Source: a virus
IMG/VR virus record: IMGVR_UViG_3300034104_006814
Location: 7,108-71,107 of that record
DNA length: 64,000 nt
Direction: 5' to 3' (one strand)
Numbering within the stretch: position 1 is the stretch's first letter; every line of letters starts with the position of its first letter. This document shows positions 27,127 through 36,827 of this stretch, piece after piece. Below the pieces are notes generated by a model that was not told the origin of the DNA, did no database searches, and saw nothing but the letters and a program-made list of their open reading frames with translations. The position numbers and the translations under genes are program-made.

Positions 27127-27521
27127 AAAAAATTCCAACAGTACACGAGCTACGGCAACAAGGTTATAAAGTCAGGGTAACGCATGTTAGAAAGTTTCAT
27201 CGTTTTGACCCAAGAACGGGCAAGAAAACTCAATTTTTTGCTCCATTTCAAAGTTCTAAAACAAAAAAGAAAAACTTAACTTCACATCCAGAAGCCATAA
27301 CTCAAGGTGAAGAATTCTTTTTGTCTGGGAAAGGCGGAGAAACAATTATTGAAATTGCCACTGCAGATCATAAAGAGTTGGCTAAAGGAGTTGCAGTTTG
27401 CTCTGATTGCGACTCATATGTTAAAGGTTATGGCGTTAAAAAGGCAACTGCTATTGCACTTAGAAATATGGAAGCTAACAAAGATCCATATTTTCATATA
27501 AGACAATTTTTCAATAAATGA
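27123..27521 (+). CDS. hypothetical phage protein
   Basis: ELRQQGYKVRVTH..KGG.T..GVAVCS..D. Confidence 0.7.
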   Translation: MKKIPTVHELRQQGYKVRVTHVRKFHRFDPRTGKKTQFFAPFQSSKTKKKNLTSHPEAITQGEEFFLSGKGGETIIEIATADHKELAKGVAVCSDCDSYVKGYGVKKATAIALRNMEANKDPYFHIRQFFNK

Positions 27522-27665
27522 TTTTTTGGAAAATAATATGTCTTATATATTATTATTTAGGAGATTTAGCCTGCAAATTTGATGATTATAATTGTTATCA
27601 ATATTTAATGGCGAAATCTGTAGAAATAAATGATAAATATAATTTAGGAATTTGGAAAGAAGTTG

Positions 27666-27698
27666 AAAAACCCTCTAATGAAAATTAGAGGGTTTTTT
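27666..27698 (+). terminator. intrinsic terminator
   Basis: AAAAACCCTCTAAT-GAAA-ATTAGAGGGTTTTTT. Confidence 0.85.
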
Positions 27699-27712
27699 GT
27701 GTAAATCGTATT

Positions 27713-28753
27713 ATGAACTCAGTCAAAATGAATCTAGGGTGTCTTAAAGATAAACCAGACGCAAGAGATCGCAAGTTTGTTAAAACGATTCATTGGACAG
27801 AGCTACAGCCCATTGATTTAAGGGAGTTTTGCCCACCTGTTAGAGCGCAAGGTGGCTTAGGATCTTGCACGGCATTTGGTGCAACTCAATTAGTAGATTT
27901 TTTAAGAAGAAAAAATAAATTTAAAAACTGGCTTCCATCTCCATTATTTACTTATTATGCAACAAGAAAAGCTGAAAATACTATAGAAGAAGATAGTGGA
28001 GCAACGATTAGAGAAGCTATAAAATCTACAGCGAGAGATGGAGTTACAATGGAAAGAATTTGGCCATATGATGTAAAAAAATTTAAACAAAATCCACCAG
28101 AAGAAGTATGGATAAATGCCGAAAAACATCAAAGCCTCGAATATCTTAGGATAAATGATGGTTACAAAAGTGAATTTTTAGGCTGCTTAAATGATGGTTA
28201 TCCTTTTATTTTTGGATTAAATTTATATACTTCTTTTCATTCTTTCCAAACTGTCTTGACTGGAATTGTTTCCACACCCGACATAGAAAAAGAAAAAATT
28301 ATCGGCGCTCATTGTATGATGGCTGTTGGTTGGAAAAAAATAGAACAAGATGGAAAAGAAAAAGAGTTTTTAATCGTACAAAATTCTTGGGGTCTTGATT
28401 GGGGCGATTACGGATTTTGCTACATACCTCTTGAATACATAATGACGAATGATTCTTTTGATTTTTGGACAATTAGATTAACGGAAGAGTGCGCAGAAGA
28501 CACAGAAGACCTTGCGCCAGAACCTCTTAAATCAACACCCATTCCCGAACCTTCCAAGCCAAATCCAGAACCGATTCCTACACCAAATCCAGAACCGATT
28601 CCTACACCAAATCCAGAACCTCCCAAGCCAGAACCTCCCAAGCCAGAACCTTCGGTTGTGGATGAGTATGAGAAAGAATCAATATGGAAAAATCCGATAA
28701 CCTATTTTTTAATAGGTTTTATTGGTTTTCTTTTGTTTTTCTTTTTTGGATAA
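27713..28753 (+). CDS. papain-like cysteine peptidase (C1) with Pro-rich linker and C-terminal TM
   Basis: QGGLGSCTAF, GAHCMMAVGW, QNSWGLDWGDYG. Confidence 0.92.
   Translation: MNSVKMNLGCLKDKPDARDRKFVKTIHWTELQPIDLREFCPPVRAQGGLGSCTAFGATQLVDFLRRKNKFKNWLPSPLFTYYATRKAENTIEEDSGATIREAIKSTARDGVTMERIWPYDVKKFKQNPPEEVWINAEKHQSLEYLRINDGYKSEFLGCLNDGYPFIFGLNLYTSFHSFQTVLTGIVSTPDIEKEKIIGAHCMMAVGWKKIEQDGKEKEFLIVQNSWGLDWGDYGFCYIPLEYIMTNDSFDFWTIRLTEECAEDTEDLAPEPLKSTPIPEPSKPNPEPIPTPNPEPIPTPNPEPPKPEPPKPEPSVVDEYEKESIWKNPITYFLIGFIGFLLFFFFG
28559..28651. repeat. 24-bp and 15-bp tandem repeats encoding PNPEPIPT / PEPPK
   Basis: Seen directly. Confidence 0.9.
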
Positions 28754-28814
28754 ATTTCACAAACATGTAAAATTTGAATTGACATTGCTATTTTTCTAAA
28801 TACTATACGAGAAG

Positions 28815-29099
28815 ATGAATTCGACCTTTATAGAGATCGCTGCAGATAAATTTCACGAATTTATCATTGAAAATCTTCCAAAGCATCAAGCTTCAGCCAA
28901 CTTAGTTAATGAGTTAGCGTATCAAAGATTTCATTTAATGAATTCTTTCAAAAAAAATTTTATTAATGAAATATTAAATAATTATTACGGCATTCATTAC
29001 GTTGGATTTGCAAACACAAATGATCAAAATTTAATTTATAAATTGTCAGTTATAGATAAAAAACTTTGTACTTTTTTTCTTTTGAAATATGGAGCATGA
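28815..29099 (+). CDS. short paralogue-family protein (VID...LKYG C-terminus)
   Basis: Ends KLSVIDKKLCTFFLLKYGA; TTGACA-16-TACTAT promoter. Confidence 0.75.
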   Translation: MNSTFIEIAADKFHEFIIENLPKHQASANLVNELAYQRFHLMNSFKKNFINEILNNYYGIHYVGFANTNDQNLIYKLSVIDKKLCTFFLLKYGA

Positions 29100-29532
29100 A
29101 TTAACGCCAGAACAAAAACTTAAAGGAGCTTTAATTTTTAAATATCTTAGAACTGGCAAAATACCCAAAAGAAAAGGCTTATTTAAAGCATTATTTTATT
29201 TAGCTGGAGAGTATAGGAATTTTAAAGGAATTATGATGACATCCTCCAGCACTACTCAAAAAAGACCTTTAATTGATAGAACCGTTCAAATAAAAATCAA
29301 AAATACTTTGAATCACGATTCTGTATTTAGGATTTTTGAAAAATATCTTTTAAATTTTCAAACAAAAATAAGCAGATCTACTGTTGATATAGATTTTTTA
29401 ACAGTATACTATTCTTCCGAATCCATTCAATGGGCTTTGATTGACGAAGAACTCAGAACAAACCATAAAGAAAATATAAACGAAGAATCTGGTCTGCCTA
29501 AAATCATTAATTTCAAGTATGAAAAAAAATAA
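29089..29532 (+). CDS. hypothetical protein
   Basis: 11-nt overlap with upstream gene. Confidence 0.65.
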   Translation: MEHELTPEQKLKGALIFKYLRTGKIPKRKGLFKALFYLAGEYRNFKGIMMTSSSTTQKRPLIDRTVQIKIKNTLNHDSVFRIFEKYLLNFQTKISRSTVDIDFLTVYYSSESIQWALIDEELRTNHKENINEESGLPKIINFKYEKK

Positions 29533-29797
29533 AATAGAAGCCGTTGACAAAACATCATATTATAGTGCATTTAATAAATGGTTGAATGCATCAACTGAAT
29601 TTTTTGATTTAAAGAATGAAATTCTCATGAATGAAAAATGGTTAAAATTTGCAGGGGATCTAGGACTAGTTTTAGGTAGCTATGATTTAAATGGAAATTT
29701 ATTAGTTGAAGTAGAAGATAATGTTTGTTGGAAAGAGGCTAAAAAATATTATTCTATTATTTCTTTTAGGGCTGAATTAAAAGAACAAGAAGTATGA
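29519..29797 (+). CDS. hypothetical protein, divergent paralogue-family member
   Basis: LGLVL...VEVEDNVCWKEAKKYY. Confidence 0.6.
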   Translation: MKKNKIEAVDKTSYYSAFNKWLNASTEFFDLKNEILMNEKWLKFAGDLGLVLGSYDLNGNLLVEVEDNVCWKEAKKYYSIISFRAELKEQEV

Positions 29798-29969
29798 CAT
29801 ACAAATTTCAAAGAAACATTCCTATGTATATTCCAGCTATTATATTTACTTTTATTTCGTTTGGAATTTTTGCAATCGGTTTTAGCTGCGGAAAGATGTG
29901 CGAAAGCGCAAAAATAAAGAAAGAAAAAGAAAGACAAATTTTAGTTCAAAAAGAAATACATAGAATCGC

Positions 29970-30395
29970 ATGATTAAATATTTAATTACTTTTGCTTTGT
30001 TGAGTTGTGACTGTTTTGCAATCAATAAAACAGAAAATCCTTTTTCTCTGAAACTAGATCAAGAAACATTCTTAACTGATAAGAATGGAGTTTTTATTGC
30101 AAATAATGTTTTAAAATTAATACCTGGAAATGCAATTAAAATTTATCTAACTGATGGAACTGAATTAAACGGTTTAGTTAAATCTACAGAACTTTTAAAT
30201 GGCCAAGTCTTTAAAGTTTTTGGAGAAATTGTAAATAAAAATAATACAGGCTTTGGGTTTGTCTTAACTAAGGACGCAATATTTGCAGGTGCAGTAGTAT
30301 TTCGAGACTCTAATGTTACATATGCAATCGCTTACGATGAATTAAGAAAAGGCTTTACTCTGGTAAAGCAAGTTTCTGCAAAAATTGGATCTTGA
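29970..30395 (+). CDS. secreted hypothetical protein
   Basis: N-terminal signal peptide. Confidence 0.7.
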   Translation: MIKYLITFALLSCDCFAINKTENPFSLKLDQETFLTDKNGVFIANNVLKLIPGNAIKIYLTDGTELNGLVKSTELLNGQVFKVFGEIVNKNNTGFGFVLTKDAIFAGAVVFRDSNVTYAIAYDELRKGFTLVKQVSAKIGS

Positions 30396-30426
30396 CATTT
30401 ATTAACTTCTCTATAGAGTTGCCATC

Positions 30427-30930
30427 ATGCAAACGCAAATATCTACCGAAGAATTTAACGCTCTTTATAAAGAATGGACTCCAAAATTAAGAGCTTATGC
30501 TAATAAATTTCTTTACAACCAAGAAAATGTTGAAGATTGCGTTCAAGAAGTTTTTAGAAAATTATTAAATCAAGACTTTGACAAAATTAAAGATCACATC
30601 CAATCATGGATGTTTGTTGTTTGCAGAAATACAAGTCTCAAAGTTAAAGCCAAGCAAAAATTATTTGTAGATCGTTTTGAGGAAAACGAGGCTATTTGCG
30701 AAGATTACAATCCTTTTGAATCTTTAGATAGAAAAGAACTTTATAAAAAAGTTCAAAATATAATTAAAAGTTTGACTCCTCAACAAAGAAAAATGATTCA
30801 ACTAAGGTACAAGTCAGATCTAAGTTACGAACAGATTGCTAAAAAAATGAAAACAACTTCAGGAAATGTAGGCTTTCATTTATGTACTGCATTAAAAAAT
30901 ATTAGAAAAAATTTATTGAAATCAATTTGA
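30427..30930 (+). CDS. ECF-type sigma-70 factor
   Basis: EDCVQEVFRKL, SWMFVVCRN, LTPQQR...LSYEQIAKKM. Confidence 0.9.
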   Translation: MQTQISTEEFNALYKEWTPKLRAYANKFLYNQENVEDCVQEVFRKLLNQDFDKIKDHIQSWMFVVCRNTSLKVKAKQKLFVDRFEENEAICEDYNPFESLDRKELYKKVQNIIKSLTPQQRKMIQLRYKSDLSYEQIAKKMKTTSGNVGFHLCTALKNIRKNLLKSI

Positions 30931-30962
30931 CAAGCGATAACCAATCATATACCTTAAAACAA

Positions 30963-32051
30963 ATGAAAACTGAAACTACTCCTCTTAATAATCTGACTCT
31001 TTCTCCAACCGAAATCAAAGAAGCCATTTATGACTGCTTTGAAGTTCGTCAACCCGTAATGATCTGGGGCCCGCCAGGGATCGGCAAATCTGACATCATT
31101 CATGAAATTGGAAAGGAAACGAATCGTAAAGTAATTGATATTCGGCTTGCGCTTTGGGAGCCTACCGACATTCGAGGTATCCCATATTTTGATGGAGAAT
31201 CCAAGCAAATGCGTTGGGCACCTCCATCCGAACTTCCCAAGCTAATCAGTGACAATTCAATTATCTTTCTTGATGAGTTTCCAAGTGCAGTTCCAACTGT
31301 GCAGGCGGGTGCATATCAATTAATTTTAAATCGCAAAATCGGTGAGTATGAACTTCCCCCAGCAGTTGATATGGTTGCTGCTGGCAACAGGGAAAATGAC
31401 AGAGGCATTTCATACAAAATGCCTGCGCCATTGGCTAATAGGTTTACTCATCTTGAATTAAAGCCAAATTTTAATTGCTGGCTCAACTGGGCAATTAAGA
31501 ATGATATTGATAGCTCTATCATTTCTTATCTAACTTGGTCTAAGAAAGATTTGTATGATTTCAATCCAAAATCTTCTTCTAAAGCTTTTGCAACTCCGCG
31601 CAGTTGGACTTTTGCAAACAAGTTTATCTCTAAAGGTAAGCGCTCCAAAAATTCCGAAAGCCTTCTGACTGCGCTGCTTGCGGGAACTATCGGAGAAGGA
31701 CTGGCAATTTCTTTTTCTACGTTTAAGAAAACTTCTGCGAAACTTCCAAAAGTCGAAGAGATCCTTTCTGGAAAGCTCAAGAAGTTTAAATATAACAAAG
31801 ATATTTCTTTGCTTTATTCAATTGTTATTAATTGTTGCGTTGAACTCAAATCTCAGATTGGCCAAAAGGATTGGATAAAAAGTGTAGACAATTTCTATAA
31901 ATTCATGCTTGATAATTTTCCTCAGGAGGTCATTATTATGGGAGTGAGAACTTCAATTAGGAACTATCAACTTCCTATCAATCCAGAATCTCTTTCGACC
32001 TATAAAGAGTTTGTTGAAAAAGTAGAAAAATTTATTTTCGTCCAAGATTAA
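30963..32051 (+). CDS. MoxR-like AAA+ ATPase
   Basis: WGPPGIGKS, IFLDE, AAGNR, LANRF, TPRSW; start moved to ATG 30963. Confidence 0.92.
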   Translation: MKTETTPLNNLTLSPTEIKEAIYDCFEVRQPVMIWGPPGIGKSDIIHEIGKETNRKVIDIRLALWEPTDIRGIPYFDGESKQMRWAPPSELPKLISDNSIIFLDEFPSAVPTVQAGAYQLILNRKIGEYELPPAVDMVAAGNRENDRGISYKMPAPLANRFTHLELKPNFNCWLNWAIKNDIDSSIISYLTWSKKDLYDFNPKSSSKAFATPRSWTFANKFISKGKRSKNSESLLTALLAGTIGEGLAISFSTFKKTSAKLPKVEEILSGKLKKFKYNKDISLLYSIVINCCVELKSQIGQKDWIKSVDNFYKFMLDNFPQEVIIMGVRTSIRNYQLPINPESLSTYKEFVEKVEKFIFVQD

Positions 32052-32052
32052 T

Positions 32053-33240
32053 ATGAGCTTATTTAATAAACCAGAAGACCTCTCTTTAGAAGAAAGGTTG
32101 GTTGCAGCAAAAGTTAAGATGTTAATGAGTCTGCCATTTTTCGGCAGTTTAGCATCTGGCTTGAATATTAAAACCGTCGATTGGATGTTTGATAAAGATA
32201 CTCCAATGAGCGCTGCAACTGATGGAGTTAATTTCTTTTATAATCCAGAAGGAATTAAGAATCGCACTATTTCAGAATTGGTTTGGTTATTTGCACATGA
32301 AGTCAGTCACGTTTGTTGGCAGCACTTCATGCGCATGGGCGACCGCAATCAAACTCTTTGGAATATCGCAACTGACTATGCCATCAATGGTTTATTAAGA
32401 ATAAATAGAATCGGAAAACCTTTTGATAATATTCTTGATGATCAAAAGTATGACGGCATGTGTGCCGAACAAATTTACGATAAACTTTATAAAGAAGCTC
32501 CAAAATTAAATTTGGATCAATTATCTAAAATGCTTGCCGACAAGCATTTACAAATGGATAAAAACGAAGACGGCTCTCCAAAATCTGAACAGCAGATTCA
32601 AGATCTTGTCAATAAGATTAAGGAAGATATTGTAAAAGCTACGCAAGCAATGGAAGCGGGTTCTATCCCCGCTGGTTTTGATAGGTTGATAGAAAGTATT
32701 ACAAATCCACAACTTCCTTGGCAGGAAATCTTGAGGGACCGCATTAAATCTAAAATCAAAACAGATTTTACTTTTATGCGCCCAAATAGAAGAAGTGGCA
32801 ATATGAATGGAATTATTTTTCCAAGCATGACCGTTGAAGATCAAATAGATATTTGTATTGGTATGGATATGTCAGGTTCAATTGGAGATGATATTGCTTC
32901 GGAATTTATGTCCGAACTTTATGGAATAATTTCTGATTTTAAATCTTGGAATATTAAGTTGTGGAGTTTTGATACTCAGGTTTATCATGAGAAAGAATAC
33001 TCTTCAGATGCAGACGACGATATTCTTTCATATAAGCCAAAAGGCGGAGGTGGAACCGATTTTGAATGCAATTGGAAATACATGAAAAACAATGGCATTG
33101 AGCCTAAACTGTTTATTATGTTTACCGACTTATATCCTGGCGGTGGATGGGGCGACCCAGATTATTGCGATACATTATTTATTGGGTATGGCGGCTGCAA
33201 AGCTATTGCGCCCTTTGGAGAAACAATTCATATTAAATAA
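32053..33240 (+). CDS. metallopeptidase-like + vWA domain protein (DUF2201-type)
   Basis: AATDG, HEVSH, WNIATDYAIN, DMSGS, GGGGTDF, FTD. Confidence 0.9.
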   Translation: MSLFNKPEDLSLEERLVAAKVKMLMSLPFFGSLASGLNIKTVDWMFDKDTPMSAATDGVNFFYNPEGIKNRTISELVWLFAHEVSHVCWQHFMRMGDRNQTLWNIATDYAINGLLRINRIGKPFDNILDDQKYDGMCAEQIYDKLYKEAPKLNLDQLSKMLADKHLQMDKNEDGSPKSEQQIQDLVNKIKEDIVKATQAMEAGSIPAGFDRLIESITNPQLPWQEILRDRIKSKIKTDFTFMRPNRRSGNMNGIIFPSMTVEDQIDICIGMDMSGSIGDDIASEFMSELYGIISDFKSWNIKLWSFDTQVYHEKEYSSDADDDILSYKPKGGGGTDFECNWKYMKNNGIEPKLFIMFTDLYPGGGWGDPDYCDTLFIGYGGCKAIAPFGETIHIK

Positions 33241-33624
33241 ATGAGCACTCTTTATAGAAAGATTGGTAGGCGTTACGAGCCAGTACACGACAGCGAGGCT
33301 TATAGCGGCCTTTCGAATGGCTGTTGGCTAGTTCAAGTAGAAAACGGTTGTACATCTATTAAGAAAGCTGTAGATCCTAATTTTGCTGCAATTCAATTTG
33401 CCACCATGATGATGTCAAATAAAATTTGTAAATATTTAAGTGACGTAAGCACCGCTCGACCCGCAACTATGCCATACACAAAAAAGCAAAAAGAAATATT
33501 TAAACTTATGCAGACTTTGCCAGATAAAGATAGATTTTTTTATTGGCAGTATGACTCTTTACAAGGCATGGCTGAAAATATTTTAAAACTAATCTTAGAA
33601 GATTATGATAAGAGCACTAAATAA
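33241..33624 (+). CDS. hypothetical protein
   Basis: LYRKIGRRYEPV. Confidence 0.7.
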   Translation: MSTLYRKIGRRYEPVHDSEAYSGLSNGCWLVQVENGCTSIKKAVDPNFAAIQFATMMMSNKICKYLSDVSTARPATMPYTKKQKEIFKLMQTLPDKDRFFYWQYDSLQGMAENILKLILEDYDKSTK

Positions 33625-33841
33625 TTTTTTAAATTTATTTGAAGCGTTTTGCTGGAGATTACTAATTGCCACTTTATTTTTAATTATCATTCCATTCGTG
33701 GCAATTCTTTTTGTATTTGGTTTTTTTAGTTTAAAAATAAAAAAAGAAGAAATAACAGAAGAATAAATTTATCATATCAAAAATAATTGTTGATATGATT
33801 ATTTTTTTTAGCGCCTAAACAAGTTAGATACATTCTTTAAT

Positions 33842-34630
33842 ATGTTAAAGAGGCCGAAAACATGTATAACATCAACTTGCTTTGAATTATCTGAAGAATC
33901 AAATAGATATGTTCAGTGTGCTAAAAATTTAATATCTAGTAATTTAAAATATACAGATTTTGATATTTTATTATTAACAAATAAAAAAGAAGATTTTAAT
34001 GATGTAAACCACGCCAGAGTTAAAATTATAAACTATTTTGATTTTTTTAACGAACCTATCGTTTCTGGAAAAAGATTTAACATGCATTTAAAGAGATATC
34101 CTTTGAAGCTATGCATTAATTATGGTTATGATATAATATATTATAATGATTGTGATTGTTTTATAGACGGTTGGGATGACTATAGTTTTCAAAATAAAAT
34201 AAAGGAAGATTTTGATGTTTTTTTTGTTTCGCATTCTGACCCGCAATTAGGAGGTCTCAGAAGACAATACAAACACTTTCAAGAAATCATAGATACTGAA
34301 TTGTGTGGACTTTATACTGAAGACATGGATTTGGCTCCTAATCCAGCCGAAACTAGAGTTATTTTTAAAAATAATGAAAAGCTTTCTTCTTTTTTATTAT
34401 TTTGGGATAAAATTTCAAACAATAATAAAGACTATTTTACATATCATGATGGGGTATACTTGGGTACATCTGCAATATATGCTAAAATGAAAATGAGTTC
34501 CATTGTCAGAAATGACGCCTTTTCTAAGCATTGTTTTATACATCATGCCGATGGTATTTTAGATTGTTTTGGCATAAGAGCCAATTTAAATGAAATTAAA
34601 AAAGAAAAAATAAATCAAATAGAAGAATAA
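33842..34630 (+). CDS. putative GT-A glycosyltransferase
   Basis: FNMHLKR...IYYNDCD (DxD). Confidence 0.6.
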   Translation: MLKRPKTCITSTCFELSEESNRYVQCAKNLISSNLKYTDFDILLLTNKKEDFNDVNHARVKIINYFDFFNEPIVSGKRFNMHLKRYPLKLCINYGYDIIYYNDCDCFIDGWDDYSFQNKIKEDFDVFFVSHSDPQLGGLRRQYKHFQEIIDTELCGLYTEDMDLAPNPAETRVIFKNNEKLSSFLLFWDKISNNNKDYFTYHDGVYLGTSAIYAKMKMSSIVRNDAFSKHCFIHHADGILDCFGIRANLNEIKKEKINQIEE

Positions 34631-34646
34631 ATTTATTATATCAAAA

Positions 34647-35894
34647 ATGAAGAATTCAAAAATATTTATACAAATAGCTTCTTATAGAGATCCTCAGTTG
34701 CTTCCTACAATAAGAGACTGTATTAAAAATGCAAAGCATCCAGAAAATTTAGTTTTTGCAATTTGTTGGCAAAGAGATGAAACAGAATCGCTAGAAGAAT
34801 TTGCCAATGATGAAAGATTTAGAATTATAGACGTTCCTCACATGGAAAGTCGTGGAGCTTGTTGGGCAAGAAATAAAATTCAACAGCTTTATAAGAGCGA
34901 AAAATATACATTGCAATTAGATTCTCATCATAGATTTATAAAAAACTGGGATGAAGAATTAATTAGCATGTTAGAAAATTTAAGAAAAAAGGGCCATAAA
35001 AAACCCCTTTTAACAAGTTATATTCCTAGCTTTGATCCAGATAATGATCCAGAAAAAAGAGTTCAAGCGCCTTGGAAAATGGATTTTGATAGATTCATTC
35101 CTCAAGGTGCAGTTTTCTTTTTGCCATCAACAATAGAAAACTGGCAACAATTAACAGAACCAATCCCAGCCAGATTTTATTCGGCACATTTTTGTTTTAC
35201 GGTTGGCAGATTTGCAAGAGAGGTTCAACATGACCCAGAATATTATTTTCATGGCGAAGAAATAAGCATAGCTGTTAGGGCATATACTCACGGATACGAC
35301 TTATTTCATCCCCATAAAGTTATAGCTTGGCATGAATATACCAGAAAAGGCAGAACTAAACATTGGGATGATGTTAAAGACTGGGGAGATTTGAATGCAA
35401 AATGCCACAAAAAAAATAGAATACTTTTTGGAATGGATGGCGAAAATCCAAAATCAATTGATTTTGGAAAATATGGATTTGGCACAAAAAGATCTTTAGA
35501 AGATTATGAAAGATATGCTGGAATTTCTTTTTCAAAAAGAGCCGTTCAAAAATATACAAAAGACAATCATATTGCGCCAAATCCAGTTATAGAAAATAAA
35601 GAAGAATATGAAAAATCTTTTTTAAGTATTTTTAAGCATTGCATTGATATAGGATATCATCAAGTTCCAGAAAAAGATTACGATTTTTGGGCTGTTATTT
35701 TTAAAGATGAAGACGATAAAGATTTATATAGAAAAGATGCCGTACCAGATGAAATAACAATGATGAAAAACGATCCAGATAAATATTGCAAACTTTGGAG
35801 AGAATTTCATACAGAAAAACCTCCTAAAAAATGGATTGTTTGGCCTCATAGTCTATCAAAAGGATGGTGTGATATGATTCAAGGCGTTCTTTAA
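34647..35894 (+). CDS. GlcNAc-transferase family protein (Skp1 GlcNAcT-like)
   Basis: IFIQIASYRDP, GACWAR, LQLDSHHRF, FHGEEI..AVRAYTHGYD. Confidence 0.85.
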   Translation: MKNSKIFIQIASYRDPQLLPTIRDCIKNAKHPENLVFAICWQRDETESLEEFANDERFRIIDVPHMESRGACWARNKIQQLYKSEKYTLQLDSHHRFIKNWDEELISMLENLRKKGHKKPLLTSYIPSFDPDNDPEKRVQAPWKMDFDRFIPQGAVFFLPSTIENWQQLTEPIPARFYSAHFCFTVGRFAREVQHDPEYYFHGEEISIAVRAYTHGYDLFHPHKVIAWHEYTRKGRTKHWDDVKDWGDLNAKCHKKNRILFGMDGENPKSIDFGKYGFGTKRSLEDYERYAGISFSKRAVQKYTKDNHIAPNPVIENKEEYEKSFLSIFKHCIDIGYHQVPEKDYDFWAVIFKDEDDKDLYRKDAVPDEITMMKNDPDKYCKLWREFHTEKPPKKWIVWPHSLSKGWCDMIQGVL

Positions 35895-35927
35895 TTTATC
35901 GTAATATTTTTAGATTTTTAATAATTA

Positions 35928-36827
35928 ATGAATATACAATTTGTAACAGCAATATATTCAAATTTATACGGAACTAAATTTGGAGGAAGACAATCAAGAT
36001 ATTGGCATTATAGATATAGCCTACTATCTTTATTAAAAATGACAAAAGCAGATTTCTTGTGCTATACATGCGAAGAAGAAATAGAAGATCTTGAAAATTT
36101 TTTTTACAAAGATAATTTAATTTTACCAGAAAGATTAAAATTTAAAACTTTTGATCTGAGCAGTGGTCCACATCAAGATTTAATAGAAAAATATAAAGAT
36201 TTTGAAGATGTCAAAACTTCAATGAGATGCTCAGAATTGCAATATTTAAAATTTTATTGGCTTTCGCTTTCATTGCAAGATGATTACGATTATATCTATT
36301 GGATTGACGCTGGATTGTCTCACGCTGGATTGTTTCCAATTAAACATTTATCAATGCAGCAGAAAAAAAATGAATCTCTAGGGTATGATTTAAGAGATTA
36401 TTTTGAATGCCATTTATTTAATAATAATTTATTAGATTCAATAATTAACTTTACTGAAGATAAAATATTTGCTATAAATGGAGAAATCATCGAGCGCCGC
36501 GCCCCAGAAAAATTTTTTATAAAAGAAATTGATTCTAAACATGTTATCGGTGGAATTTTTGGTGGAAAAAAATTACTAATTAAAAAATTAGTAGAGGCAT
36601 TTGATTATTATGTTAGAGAAATAATTAATGATGCTCAATATTTATGTTTGGAGGAGCAAGTTTTAACGGTAATTGTCAATCAAAATAGAAATTTATTTAA
36701 TACAAAAAATTTTACTCTTTGGTGGCATGAAGATTCTGCAATTGCTGGTTTTACGGATAATCCCGAAATTATGAAGAATCATAAATCTTTTTATAAAATT
36801 ATAGAAGAACTTTTAGATATAAAATGA
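35928..36827 (+). CDS. HtrL/YibB-like glycosyltransferase
   Basis: FVTAIY, YWIDAGL, IGGIFGG, EEQVL. Confidence 0.7.
   Translation: MNIQFVTAIYSNLYGTKFGGRQSRYWHYRYSLLSLLKMTKADFLCYTCEEEIEDLENFFYKDNLILPERLKFKTFDLSSGPHQDLIEKYKDFEDVKTSMRCSELQYLKFYWLSLSLQDDYDYIYWIDAGLSHAGLFPIKHLSMQQKKNESLGYDLRDYFECHLFNNNLLDSIINFTEDKIFAINGEIIERRAPEKFFIKEIDSKHVIGGIFGGKKLLIKKLVEAFDYYVREIINDAQYLCLEEQVLTVIVNQNRNLFNTKNFTLWWHEDSAIAGFTDNPEIMKNHKSFYKIIEELLDIK

Noticed and set aside
30963-33240. MoxR ATPase plus vWA-peptidase pair as a novel system
   Set aside because: Common, well-known gene pair in large phages.
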